Below are positions 94,963 to 106,098 of a stretch of DNA of 248,000 bases, piece by piece (within the stretch, counting starts at the first letter, position 1; the number at the start of each line of letters is the position of its first letter). The position numbers and the translations under genes are program-made. This DNA comes from Andalucia godoyi And28 (taxonomy: Eukaryota > Protista > Jakobida), in contig VRVR01000013.1 of the NCBI GenBank assembly GCA_009859145.1, positions 144,001 to 392,000 of the forward strand, given 5' to 3'. The notes below the pieces were generated by a model. It had not been told where the DNA came from. It searched no databases and saw nothing but the letters and a program-made list of their open reading frames with translations.

Positions 94963-95435
94963 AATGAATCTGACAAATTTCATTTTGCCATTCCAATCAA
95001 CGACGGTCTCACGAGCGTATCCAAAGGTCTGGTTTTGTAAGTGGGTGGTTCGATAGATACAAATTATGGAAATAAGGATATGAAAATCAGAAACAAACAA
95101 ACAAAGCTATCAGATAGAAAAACCGTAAAACACGTACCTGTTTCTGTAGAAGTCTTTTCTGCAAATGGAGCCCATGCTTGGAAGCGAAGAAAAGTATGTG
95201 TAGATCAAAAGAAGCGACAGAGGAACATTTAGCAGACCGCACAAAGAGCGGATCATATCATCATTGCGAAAAACAACAGCACTCGAGAGGCAAATTAAAA
95301 GCAGCAAGGAGACGGTATAGAACAAGAAATTCATGCTGGTCAAAGACGACGACTTGGGGCTCACTGCTGCAGACCGGCGGATGAATTAAAAAGAAGGAAT
95401 CTGGCAAAAGAGGAGGAGGGTGTTGCATTTGTTAT

Positions 95436-96956
95436 TTGCCCTGTTTTCGCACAGAATGCAGGCTCCAGTTTCTTGTGCGTACTGTAGTGCCGAAGGTCGT
95501 TCTTCCCCAGACAGAGATCGAAACCTTTATTTCATTTTTTGAAAAAATTTTCGATTTTGCTTTTAACCCCCTCCACCCACCAGGGCTGCCTTTGAATGTT
95601 GAGCAGGTTTTTTTTTGTTTAGTAATCTTGATTTTTTGTCTGCACTTTGGACTTCAATGGAAATCACCGAAGATGGTCGATCATGAAGGAATAATGACAA
95701 AAGAGGGTGGTCGGTACAAGTCCTGGAAGAAACGCTACTTTGTTCTTGCCGGTCCGTTTTTGTTCTATTTCAAAGCTCCTGTGGATTTTTACGGGGACTC
95801 TTTGCCGATGGCGCAAGGTTCTATTTATTTGCCTCCGCATACTCGTGTAGATATAGTGGATTCTTACAAGAAGACGAAATTCTGTTTCACCCTCAGCGTA
95901 TCTAAAGATGTCCGGATGTACTACTTGGATGCTTTAACAGCTGATGATCGGCGGAAGTGGACGGAGAAAATCCTGCACAATGCCGTCCATTGCCAAGAAT
96001 CTTGGTGCAACTTGTTCGAATCGCATGTCTTCATAGCAGGTTCTCCAAAGAGCGGCAAAACCAGTTTACTAAAGCGGTTTGTGACAGGCTCCTTTGTGCA
96101 TGATCCGAGTAATGCCAATACCGCCGGGAATGTCAATTCTAACAGTTCTTCTGGCGTTAACTCCAATATTGGAAACAACAATAGCAATCAAATTGCAGCT
96201 TCCGATCAAATAATGCAAAAAAGAATACAACTGCCCGACAGCATGTCTGTGGTGGCGACGTTCTATGACAAAGCCCGTCCATTCGTCTCTGCTGCTGAAT
96301 TGCTCACGGAATTAGAGACCAGATACGAGAAGTCTCGAGCTGCTCTCTCTAGCAGCTTTGCCGTCCCTATTCCGGGGAATGGTGGTGGTGGGTTACCGAG
96401 CGCTTCTCCGTCGCAGTCTCCTTCGTCAAATTCGTACTCTTCAACGTCCCCAATGTCTAACCCTCTCGCGGTTTCACATTCACCCCCTTCGAGGGCTCTT
96501 TTGGCTTCGCTGCTTGCTCCAGAAGTCAAGGAAGATGCTCACAATCCTTTATTCACTGAAGAAAACGCTCGAGCTTACGATATTCGTTGGTGCACAGTCT
96601 TGCTTGTTTTTGATCTCACGGACATTCACTCATTTCGGTACATTCAAAGGTTGTCTCGGGATTTGCGAAAGAGTCTCACAAAAAGCGGACAGCAATTGTC
96701 CATGATGATTGTGGGCACAAAGTCTGATCTGACAGATGTGCGTTGTGTGAATTCGGTGCTCGTCCAGTCTTTCGCCGAGAGAGAGCTGGGTCGCGACGTT
96801 CCGTACATCGAGGTTTCTTCCAAATCTGGTCGCCAAATTGAAGAATGCTTCCAAGTACTCGCGGACTACGTTTCGCGAACAGGATTTGCTCGCCACGTTC
96901 CCAGGTGTGAGGATGGGACTTCCAATCCATCGGAGGAACAGTCGGACGAAGACTGA
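95436..96956 (+). CDS. PH domain plus Ras-like GTPase protein
   Basis: KEGGRYKSWKKRYFVL; GSPKSGKTS; VGTKSDL; EVSSK. Confidence 0.75.
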   Translation: MPCFRTECRLQFLVRTVVPKVVLPQTEIETFISFFEKIFDFAFNPLHPPGLPLNVEQVFFCLVILIFCLHFGLQWKSPKMVDHEGIMTKEGGRYKSWKKRYFVLAGPFLFYFKAPVDFYGDSLPMAQGSIYLPPHTRVDIVDSYKKTKFCFTLSVSKDVRMYYLDALTADDRRKWTEKILHNAVHCQESWCNLFESHVFIAGSPKSGKTSLLKRFVTGSFVHDPSNANTAGNVNSNSSSGVNSNIGNNNSNQIAASDQIMQKRIQLPDSMSVVATFYDKARPFVSAAELLTELETRYEKSRAALSSSFAVPIPGNGGGGLPSASPSQSPSSNSYSSTSPMSNPLAVSHSPPSRALLASLLAPEVKEDAHNPLFTEENARAYDIRWCTVLLVFDLTDIHSFRYIQRLSRDLRKSLTKSGQQLSMMIVGTKSDLTDVRCVNSVLVQSFAERELGRDVPYIEVSSKSGRQIEECFQVLADYVSRTGFARHVPRCEDGTSNPSEEQSDED

Positions 96957-97077
96957 TAATAAATGTATTTCCGGAAATGATTAGTTTTGTGTTGTTGAGT
97001 TGTTTTACTCCAGATATAGTGTGGACTGTCGTGCAGAGAGAGGACAAACCTCTCCTTATCGAAACATTCAACAACCG

Positions 97078-97600
97078 CTCGCCAAAGCATGAATCATTAT
97101 TGGTCATCGGCTAAGCTGTCACCGAAGACAGATCCAAGCCACATGTTTTTTTTGTTTTTGCTTTTTATTTGGGGCGAGCATCAACTCTTCAATGCAGATT
97201 GCTTTACATCAAAGGGATATCGCAACCAACATACTCCCCCCAATCGATTCAGCATTCAATAAATGAACGTCGGAGGAAACAGACTGTGGTGGCGGCGTTG
97301 CACATCGATCACATCTTCGTGATTTGATCATCAACTTGCATCGGCAGATTCACAGCCGGACGACGGACATGCATCGCAAGCTTGCAAAATGGCTGTGTGA
97401 GGGAGTATGACTGCATTCTATTTCCGCAATTCGACACTGACGTGCGGCCACTTCCAGTTCCGCCAGAGACTGCTGCACAAGGTGAGGGAGTACGCGGGGC
97501 TCGAGGTCCACATCGTCACCGAGGAATACACATCAAAGATGTGTGGCCAGTGCGGGGCAATCCATGCGAAGCTCGGAGGATGAAAGGTTTATCTCGAGAG
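97078..97600 (+). mobile_element. Family C left end joined to a Fanzor2 RuvC-II/Zn-finger fragment
   Basis: DMHRKLAKWLC/EYDCILFPQF..HFQFRQRLLHKVREYAGLEVHIVTEEYTSKMCGQCG. Confidence 0.85.
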
Positions 97601-97629
97601 GCTGTACAAAAGAGAGGAAGAAATGCCGA

Positions 97630-100371
97630 TCATTTCGGATGAGAATGCTCCACTAGAACAGCAAAGAGAGCATTAACGAGTTTCTTCTCCTCTTCAGCTT
97701 CAAAAGCGCCCTCATTTTCTTCCAACCACTGCGGAATCAGCGACTGTGCTTCATCCTTCATTACTTTTAGTGCATCATGACGTTTTTCACACCAGGCTTC
97801 GAACCCAGTTTTACCCACGAACTTCGGGGCCACATCCTTCAGAGACAGGATATTGAATATTCTAAACGTAATGGCAACCACATCCCGCATCCTGGATGTT
97901 TCTGCGCTTACAGATAAGAGAGGCTTCGACTTTTGAGAATCAAATATTTGCATTCGAACAGCACTTGCGGAATCCAAAACAACTGACAGGTGGCTTCCGT
98001 AGTTTCCTTCGTGAATGGCCCTTCCGGTACCGCCGGATATTCCGTTCGCAGTGACTTCTCCCGAGACCAACCTCCAAGAAGAGACACCCAGAACAAATGT
98101 GCATGGTGAGACAGACGCTCGCACCTCACCCGCTGGAGGTTCCAGAATCATGTTAAATGATGCCGAGAAGTGAGATATTCGCTGTGAAACAGCTGCCCAG
98201 AATGCGGCATCAATACGGAGTCGCAACGCTTCTGAATACTGCCACTCTCCTTGAACATTATCGGAGCGAACGGGCAACACTGCAATACGGAGATACGACT
98301 CAAAATCATCTACAGAAGGATAAAACTCTCGACGAGTCGCCCCGTCGATTGGTTTGAAGTTTCTCAACAACAACGACCTCTGCCATTGAATCCGGCTGGC
98401 TCCTTCTTTCCCACCGACATATTCTCCTTGCATCACAAGCTTTCCATCCACAAAAATGAAACGAAGCCCATGAATCTTTGGCGGAGAATCCTTGACTGCA
98501 TCGGAAACCACCAATTGCGGGGTTCCACGAGTTCCATCTACTCGCATCGGCACAATCTTGCATGCGAGTCGTAAGCCAAGATATGCAGACTTGACGTGAA
98601 CGGCTCTGGAATGCGAAAGAAATTTCTTCTGATTTTGAGAATTGACAAGCTGCCATTCAAACAGCGTGTCACCTTCTACGCCTCCAAAATAATCGTAGAC
98701 GGGGCAAAGCACATCGCCTTCTATCGCGCGACCAGCAAATCGAACATGATCTATAAATGGTTCGCTTGCAAGCACTGGCAACTCAGATAAGCAAGCGACG
98801 CCAGGAACCGCAGTTCCATCCTTGCCAAGCTGCACCCATGAAGGGCGAAAGCAAAAGGAGACGCGATGACCCACATGATGGGAGAGCAACCGTATTGTCC
98901 ATGTATTCTGCACTCCCGCCAGCGCATCCACAATACTTCCGCTTTCATCCTGAATGGACCACTCGGTCGCTCCTGCGAGAGCAACAGATCTTCCATCGCG
99001 GTACTGCACGGCAGCTTCAACAAACTGTCCTTCAACAAAAGAACCCTGAATCAAAGCAACCAACTCATCCACCGCTGGAAGTGACTGCATCGAATTCGAA
99101 GATGGAAAAGCAGGAAGTGCATTCCGAGTTGCCCGAATCTTGATGTTTTGCGCCCGGGATGCATAGTAAAGGGTTGATGTCGTCTCTGAGAGGGTCATCG
99201 AGGAGGGAGTCACACAAGCAATCATCACCATTCTTGCATTTCCACCCAATGAATTCTTGAGTAATTTTGTCAATACTGAGTTGCGATATTGAACATATTG
99301 TCCACGCGACAAGGCGTCGATCGCATTACCAAGAGCGAGAAGACTTGTGTTAATCTTTGCTCGCTCGGACTGACGGATCAAATTCGCTTCTTCTTCGTAA
99401 GACGAACGTTCAGATCCCGCAAGATCAACCAAAACAAGCGTTCCTCGAGTATTCTTCGCGATATTCTCGACAGACACTTGCAAAACAGCATGCGAGCGGG
99501 AAGAGACCAAGTTATCCTTGGTAGAACGGACAACGCGAGCTCTATGGCCACGCTTCATTATGTCAGCAAAAGCCTCGGGAGCATCAATGTCTACACGAGA
99601 TAAGTTCTGTACGTAGAAAGCTCCTTGACTATCCTCCTTGACAGGATACGTGTCCGATGTAGCATTTGGAGAGTTTGTGGAATTCGCATCTGGGGAAATG
99701 AGGTCTGACACCTTTTCAAGGTAGATCTCGAAGAAAGAGACGGACACCGTAGGGCGGCTTTGTTGCATGGATGACCGAATCTGAAAGATTTGGTCCACCA
99801 GCAGATGAAATAAGCCAGGCTCCGCAGTAGAAACGCGACCCATCATTGTATGGGTTTTTCCAGTGCCAGTGGCTCCGTACACAAACACGGTGGAGTTGAA
99901 ACCGTCAAACACAGACTCGATGAGCGCAGTCTGATTAATCCGTTTGAAAATATCCTCATTTGTCGATTTCTGATCAAAAAATCCATTATACGTGAATGTC
100001 GTGGTGCGCTTTGCGTAGGGGTCAAAACAATGCACTTCACCTCGCGAGGCCTCCCCCTCCGCAAAATCTTCTCCCGCAATGATGTCGCCCGGATACCGGA
100101 GAGCTGAAGCAGAAGAGGGATTTCCCTGAGCATTCGCAGAAGGTCTGGGAGAAGACATGGCTGGCGCAGGCGATGCAACGTCTGAGTTTCTTCGAGGGGT
100201 GGAAGAGGCAGATGAATCTTTAGGAACCGAAAGAGAATTGGACGACGAAGACGAGGACGTCGTCGAGGACGTTTGCGAAGAACCGGCTGCCCACCGCTTT
100301 TCCATGTCATTCTGCGGACGGCACCGCAGAAATACGTGGATTCTTTCTTCCCGTGGTTGGCTTCCGCTCAT
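97630..100371 (-). CDS. Kinesin motor fused to AIR9-like Ig (A9) repeats
   Basis: YGATGTGKT, SSRSH, VDLAGSER; YFGGVEGDTLFEW and YVGGKEGASRIQW repeats. Confidence 0.85.
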   Translation of the reverse strand: MSGSQPREERIHVFLRCRPQNDMEKRWAAGSSQTSSTTSSSSSSNSLSVPKDSSASSTPRRNSDVASPAPAMSSPRPSANAQGNPSSASALRYPGDIIAGEDFAEGEASRGEVHCFDPYAKRTTTFTYNGFFDQKSTNEDIFKRINQTALIESVFDGFNSTVFVYGATGTGKTHTMMGRVSTAEPGLFHLLVDQIFQIRSSMQQSRPTVSVSFFEIYLEKVSDLISPDANSTNSPNATSDTYPVKEDSQGAFYVQNLSRVDIDAPEAFADIMKRGHRARVVRSTKDNLVSSRSHAVLQVSVENIAKNTRGTLVLVDLAGSERSSYEEEANLIRQSERAKINTSLLALGNAIDALSRGQYVQYRNSVLTKLLKNSLGGNARMVMIACVTPSSMTLSETTSTLYYASRAQNIKIRATRNALPAFPSSNSMQSLPAVDELVALIQGSFVEGQFVEAAVQYRDGRSVALAGATEWSIQDESGSIVDALAGVQNTWTIRLLSHHVGHRVSFCFRPSWVQLGKDGTAVPGVACLSELPVLASEPFIDHVRFAGRAIEGDVLCPVYDYFGGVEGDTLFEWQLVNSQNQKKFLSHSRAVHVKSAYLGLRLACKIVPMRVDGTRGTPQLVVSDAVKDSPPKIHGLRFIFVDGKLVMQGEYVGGKEGASRIQWQRSLLLRNFKPIDGATRREFYPSVDDFESYLRIAVLPVRSDNVQGEWQYSEALRLRIDAAFWAAVSQRISHFSASFNMILEPPAGEVRASVSPCTFVLGVSSWRLVSGEVTANGISGGTGRAIHEGNYGSHLSVVLDSASAVRMQIFDSQKSKPLLSVSAETSRMRDVVAITFRIFNILSLKDVAPKFVGKTGFEAWCEKRHDALKVMKDEAQSLIPQWLEENEGAFEAEEEKKLVNALFAVLVEHSHPK

Positions 100372-100492
100372 CTCACTCTAATCTGCAAAACACAGTTACC
100401 TATAAGCAAGGAGCTTTGGATACGCAAAAACCACATCAAATCAAAAAAAAAAGAAAAAAGAAAAAAAAAAAGGAGAAAAATCTCGAGAACCG

Positions 100493-100839
100493 TTTCGACT
100501 TATTGCGATATGATGAAGCAATCTAAAGCGCACGTAAAACAAAACGACTGCCACGCGCCATGCGCATGCGTTTGCTATCTTGGCAACTTCGTCACACGAT
100601 GCCCGATTCGTTTCGCCCACCATTTTGATCATGAAATCCCTATAAGCACGCCGCCGCGTTGCATTCTCGCACAGCGACGCTCATTTCTTATTTTTATTTT
100701 TGTTTTTATTGTCCATGCAACGCACCATGTCCGTCACGCCCGCAACGCTGCGGCAAGACCCATGACATCTCCACCGCCGCCGGAACGATCCGCAGCATCC
100801 ACACCGGCTCCCATCCGTGGTTAGTGTACAATGTAGGCG
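100493..100839 (+). mobile_element. Family A2 copy 2 (ends only)
   Basis: CCG then left end; ends ccgtggttagtgtacaatgtaggcg. Confidence 0.8.
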
Positions 100840-101116
100840 ACAGAATGCTTGGAAAGAAAGAAAACAAGAAGGAGCACAACGAGAAAAGAAGTTGATGCAT
100901 GTATGGTTTTTACAGCGGCCGGGTTCCTGGCGGCTTTTCGCGACTGCACAAACAAATGAGCGATGAGCACCACTGTGACCCGTAATACAACATGACAATC
101001 TACGTAAATTCTACCATGAGCAGTGAGCTCCACTCCCGCTCGTTCGTACAGCAATACGTCAAGAAAGCGACATTGCAACTTTTACGTACAAACAATGCGC
101101 ATACTCGGAACTGGAA

Positions 101117-101803
101117 TCATTCTCGGACCAGCATTGCATTTTTGATATTTTCCGCCGTATCCACTCCTACTAATCGCCGCACGATTTCCAGAGCGAACTC
101201 GAGAGAAGTTCCCGGTCCACGGCTTGTGATTAGCTTTCCATCAACGACCACTCGGTGGTCAACGAACTCTTGATTCGGCAGTTTCGAAGACACAGACGGA
101301 TGACTTGTCGCCTTTGAATGCTCGCTCAGCAATCCATGATGAGCAAGGACCACAGCAGGCGAAGCACACAAGGCAGCAGTCCAACCTCCTCTAGACATGT
101401 GGGACTTAAGAAAGGGGACGAACTTTTCAGAATCCCGGAAATTTTCGGCACCTCGAGCGCCCCCTGGCAAGCAAATAATGTCGAAATGCTCATCTTCTGC
101501 CAAGACGTGATCGAAAGTGGTATCGGCTACAACACGCACGAGCCGACTCATCGTAACGATCCTAGGTTCCAAAAACTTGAAGCTTGGGTCATGGTCGGTC
101601 TTTGGATCAACATGTTTGCAATCCGTCAAAGCTGCGACTGTCACATGCATACCAGCTCTTCGCAGCGTGTCGGCAATGCACGCAAACTCTATTTCCTCTG
101701 AGCCATGGGCAATTGGAACAAGCGCGCGGACTGCGGACATTCTGCGAACAAACTGCAAACTCGCGAAAAAGGATCTTCTTCTAGTCTGCATGCCGTTTCT
101801 CAA
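101117..101803 (-). CDS. DJ-1/ThiJ family protein
   Basis: GSEEIE, LPGG, ALCASP, TSRGPGT. Confidence 0.9.
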   Translation of the reverse strand: MRNGMQTRRRSFFASLQFVRRMSAVRALVPIAHGSEEIEFACIADTLRRAGMHVTVAALTDCKHVDPKTDHDPSFKFLEPRIVTMSRLVRVVADTTFDHVLAEDEHFDIICLPGGARGAENFRDSEKFVPFLKSHMSRGGWTAALCASPAVVLAHHGLLSEHSKATSHPSVSSKLPNQEFVDHRVVVDGKLITSRGPGTSLEFALEIVRRLVGVDTAENIKNAMLVRE

Positions 101804-102046
101804 ACGGATGCAAATGCAAATGCAGCTTTTTTATTTATTATTTATTTTTTCTTGCAGACAAACCTCACACTGGCAGAAGAAGTGTAGTACTTGAAGTCCT
101901 GTGCGGGGTTGAGCCGCAACGCCTGTTCTAGAATGAAAGCATGAATCCAGCATCAAAGAGAGACGCTACAACAGGGAAGCATTTCTGCAGTGCTTGGTGT
102001 ACCGTCAGCATGAGAGATGGCGGTCCGGATATGCATTGCCAAACCT

Positions 102047-103012
102047 TTACTGTCCAACGTACGCAGGTTTCCGTTTTTCTCGGAATGCTTGGAGGCCCTC
102101 CAGGCGATCTCTGGTTGGAATAACTTGAGCGTAACAGAGCTTTTCGATCTCAAAGCCAGAGTGGATATCTCCCTGCAAACCGACATCCACAGCCTGCTTT
102201 GCGGCTCTCACAGCGATCGGTCCATTTTGGGCAATCTGGACAGCAATCTCGACTGCCTTTTCAACAACAGGCGACTTGTCCTTGTCAGCAACGTCCGCTG
102301 ACACGACGTGATTGGCAATCCCCAGGAGAAAAGACTCGTTTCCCGTAATCCTACGCGCAGTAAACATAAGTTCCTTCGCTTTTGACGCACCAATAAGCCG
102401 AGGTAGTCGCTGCGTGCCTCCTGCACCCGGGATAATGGCAAGGGACGTTTCCGGAAGGCCAAGAGACGCATTCGACGCAACGATTCGCATGTCACATGCC
102501 AACGCCATTTCAAGGCCACCGCCAAGTGCTGCTCCCTCAATGCAGGCAATTGTAGGAACAGGCAGGCGTTCCATTTCAGCAAACAGGGCCCTCAAAGAAT
102601 CCACAAAAGCAGAGACTTCAGGCGGACTCATCGTCGCTCGTTCTTTGAGATCCGCACCGGCACAGAAAACACCCGGAATCTTGGAAGAGAGAACAACGGC
102701 ACGCACAGCAGACGCAGGTTGTGAGCGAAGTCCCGCAAGTATTTCTCGCAGCTGAGAAACAAGCGTTCTGCCAAGCGCATTCTTTGCTTCAGGACGATTC
102801 AAAATTACATGTGCCAGCCCATTCTCATGGAGAATCAACTCGCATTCTTTGGACGCAACAGAAGACGCCCGCAAGAAACGCACGCAACAAAACATGAGAA
102901 TACCGTTCAGGTTTCGAGAATATGATTTCCGAACCGTCGCAATGAAAAGCAAAAACATCCAAAACAACCAGGAAAAAAACTCCCCTGAAAAACACACGCA
103001 AACTTGCAGCAA
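102047..103012 (-). CDS. Methylglutaconyl-CoA hydratase (AUH-like)
   Basis: FCAGADLKER, ALGGGLE, PGAGGTQRL. Confidence 0.9.
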   Translation of the reverse strand: MLQVCVCFSGEFFSWLFWMFLLFIATVRKSYSRNLNGILMFCCVRFLRASSVASKECELILHENGLAHVILNRPEAKNALGRTLVSQLREILAGLRSQPASAVRAVVLSSKIPGVFCAGADLKERATMSPPEVSAFVDSLRALFAEMERLPVPTIACIEGAALGGGLEMALACDMRIVASNASLGLPETSLAIIPGAGGTQRLPRLIGASKAKELMFTARRITGNESFLLGIANHVVSADVADKDKSPVVEKAVEIAVQIAQNGPIAVRAAKQAVDVGLQGDIHSGFEIEKLCYAQVIPTRDRLEGLQAFREKRKPAYVGQ

Positions 103013-103431
103013 CCTCCTCGGTGCTACTACGACAGGTTCTTAGGATTTCTTCTGGGCAAGTCGTGTGCCACAGAGAAAGATTGGGGACAGCAAACAAAAC
103101 AAAGCAAAAAATACACAGCAACAAAAAGATGAGGCAGAGGGCTGAAGGCCAGTAAGCATGCAAGGACTCTCTTGGATGCGTCGCGATTCGTGCAAAAAAT
103201 CAACGTAAGCACAATGGTTGTTTACCTGTCACTGAAATTTACAATAAAGATCGCAAAAAGCAGTTGTCGGAAACAAGGGGATTTGAAAGGCGTAAAATAA
103301 AAGAAGAGGGAGGGGAATCGATGAAGCCTCACTGAAACGAAACTTCACAAGACATCTCTGCTGACCGACTACAAATCAACTGGTCGACGGAGACATCATA
103401 CCTGTAAGATAATCCTTAGAGTATGGGAGAC

Positions 103432-106002
103432 CTACGGACCGGCACCGTCTAATTTTGCAAGGACCAGTTTTTTGCCTGCTTCAAGCAAGCTTTCCACAGA
103501 GCAGTCCAGCTTCTGAGACTTCAAGAATCGCAATGACTTCGCTGCAATGGGTTTCCAAAGAGGAGAGGTTTCATAGTGGTGTTGGAGAAAGGAGTACACA
103601 AGAATGGTGGTCCAAATATCAACTGATAAGCCAGAAAATGTGTTGCGAGCGTCCGGAAGAGAGATTCCCATTGCTGGCACATCGCTGAAATGCCAACTAC
103701 CGTCGAACCTCTGAAGAGATATCAGGTTACGAAGAACTGCTGCGCTGTTGTCTCCTTCTTGTCGTTTCTGTTCCATCTCAGCATCATCCTCAAAGTTTGC
103801 TGCCTCTTGAGCTGCGTCATAAGCTGCGTCCCGCTTAGACCCGGCTGTCGAAAATGCAGTACGTGTGTTAGCAGCAAGTAGATCAACGGCGCATTTGGAA
103901 GGCGCAGCTGGTGCTACAGAAGAGGACCTACGCACCGCAGAGATAATCCGACATCCACCACCAAGCATCCCGCTCGGGCGGCCAAATCCTCCCCGACCTC
104001 CAGAAGATCGAACGGCGACGCTGCCGGGCTCCTTTCTTCTGACTTCAATTGGGACTTCTCGAAGTTGCATGCCGTTATTGGCATCAGAAGATTTCCGCTT
104101 CTCAACTGCGACGAAGCCAGTAAGTGGACACAATACTGAATATTTCAGAGAAAGGCCAAGCATTTTGTCTTCCTGCCGTTTTTTCCACGCTTCTGCAGGC
104201 TCGGCCTCAGACTGAACACCAGCAAACCGTTGCTGAACCGATCCCGAGGGTTTAGCAGCGAACTTTTGCTCTTGCAGTTCCCTCAACAGCGCTCGGCCTG
104301 CCAGTTTGGATAAGGGAAATTCAACATCTTCAGCGACATTTCTGCGGATTGCAACCAAAAGCTCTGCGCCTCGGAAAACCCGAGCCTCTATAACACCGGG
104401 TGAGTTTCCAGCATCCACAATTGCATACGCACAAAATCGATCCCCCCGAAATACTGGCGGCACCATTGAAGGGCAAGCCTCAATGCTGAACTCTTCCGGC
104501 GAGTCTGGTAAATTCCACTCAATCCGAAGATCAGCAAAACAGGGCTGCAAAGCTCTGTTCAGCTGATGTGCAACCGGAACATCAACGTCCGTATTCGGAG
104601 GGATGAACATGGCTTTACCGAAGGTTGTCCGTGCAAGCCCTTTGACCAGAGCACGAGACGGGCTGGAGCCTAGACCAAAAGAGAAGATGCGATTTTGCTT
104701 CGAGGCCTTTCGGCACTCGTCCATCACCTCCGTGACATTAGATATTTCGCCATCGGTGAGCAAGAATATTTGTCGAGACTGTGCTTGCGGTGGTTGCGAG
104801 AACAGCCACAGCAAAGGTTGCAATAATTCCGTGCCTCCCATATTCGCAGAAAGGTTGTCGATCAGCAGCTTTGCTTCCGCTGCTGATTCTTCCGAGTATA
104901 TTCTTGACTGTGGAAATAGCTGAGCATAGGACGACCCAAATCGCACGATGTTGAACCGAAAATTAAGCGGAATGCTTTTCAGAAACACCAGCATCGCCTG
105001 GCGGGCATAATCGATCTTTCCTTCTTCTTCCATCGATCCGGAGCAGTCAACGACGAACACCAGTTCTGTATCGGCAGCTTCGACCTGTTTCCCGTCATCC
105101 ACAGGCGGGACCAAACAGAGCATAGCAACTGTTTCCTTTCCAGGCTGGCACGATTCGACAAACAGCTGCGCTCCAATCCGATTAGCATTATCTACTTTCA
105201 TTCTCACATCAACAATAAGATCTCGATCCAAATGGGTCCCCTTGTTGGACAGGGACAGCTGTATTTTCTGTGAAGAGATGATCTCTGTGGACATTGGGTG
105301 CGATGGCGACGATACGGCCGCGACATTTCCCGCCCCATCGACCGTGCAAGAAAACTCAAGCGAGTAAGGGGTCGAAGACACATACTGTGCATTCGTGTCT
105401 GCAGGGCCAGTGACACCCTTCGCACTTGGGTTATACCGCGGTGCAATAGCGGTGGGCAGCACAAACCGGATACTGTTCGACTCCGTGTTCACATCCAGTT
105501 CACAGGAGTATTCGATTACGATTTTGCACTGTTTCTGCGGCTGCAGCCCGCCAACGCTAACAATGAACATATCGCGAGAGGCATCGTTCTGCTCCATTAG
105601 ATATGCCCCGCTTCCACGAGCAAGCGCATCGGAGTATTCTCGTTGAGCCTCTTTCTTTGGCTTCAGCACCGATTCAATCTCACGATCATCGACGACTGCC
105701 TTGAAAGAATGCACAGCTGCATCTTCCTCAATTGGAAAAACATACACTGCCTCCACAGGTGCTGATTCCGCGTTGGCATAAGTTTGCGTTGCTGTCACAA
105801 ACGCGGCACAAGCAGAAATGCGAACAGAAACAGCTACAGATTGAAGCGGGACCTGCTGTTGGTGCTCGAAAGGCTTTACAACTGGGCTTGTTGTGGGGGG
105901 CTTGCAAATCACGAGCATTTTTGGGATAACTATGCGAACAATAGATACAGACACAAAAGATCTTTGTGACGACGACGATTGCGATGTTTGGCAGCTTCCC
106001 AT
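103432..106002 (-). CDS. VIT-vWA domain protein (VWA5A-like)
   Basis: EAVYVFP, VDCSGSM, LLTDG. Confidence 0.9.
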   Translation of the reverse strand: MGSCQTSQSSSSQRSFVSVSIVRIVIPKMLVICKPPTTSPVVKPFEHQQQVPLQSVAVSVRISACAAFVTATQTYANAESAPVEAVYVFPIEEDAAVHSFKAVVDDREIESVLKPKKEAQREYSDALARGSGAYLMEQNDASRDMFIVSVGGLQPQKQCKIVIEYSCELDVNTESNSIRFVLPTAIAPRYNPSAKGVTGPADTNAQYVSSTPYSLEFSCTVDGAGNVAAVSSPSHPMSTEIISSQKIQLSLSNKGTHLDRDLIVDVRMKVDNANRIGAQLFVESCQPGKETVAMLCLVPPVDDGKQVEAADTELVFVVDCSGSMEEEGKIDYARQAMLVFLKSIPLNFRFNIVRFGSSYAQLFPQSRIYSEESAAEAKLLIDNLSANMGGTELLQPLLWLFSQPPQAQSRQIFLLTDGEISNVTEVMDECRKASKQNRIFSFGLGSSPSRALVKGLARTTFGKAMFIPPNTDVDVPVAHQLNRALQPCFADLRIEWNLPDSPEEFSIEACPSMVPPVFRGDRFCAYAIVDAGNSPGVIEARVFRGAELLVAIRRNVAEDVEFPLSKLAGRALLRELQEQKFAAKPSGSVQQRFAGVQSEAEPAEAWKKRQEDKMLGLSLKYSVLCPLTGFVAVEKRKSSDANNGMQLREVPIEVRRKEPGSVAVRSSGGRGGFGRPSGMLGGGCRIISAVRRSSSVAPAAPSKCAVDLLAANTRTAFSTAGSKRDAAYDAAQEAANFEDDAEMEQKRQEGDNSAAVLRNLISLQRFDGSWHFSDVPAMGISLPDARNTFSGLSVDIWTTILVYSFLQHHYETSPLWKPIAAKSLRFLKSQKLDCSVESLLEAGKKLVLAKLDGAGP

Positions 106003-106098
106003 ACGGGATTCGACGCAAGTTCAAGTATCGAAAAATGGCCGAAGGTCTCTCCTACTTCTAGCATCAATTGAGGATGAACGCTGGTCAATCATTCAAAT

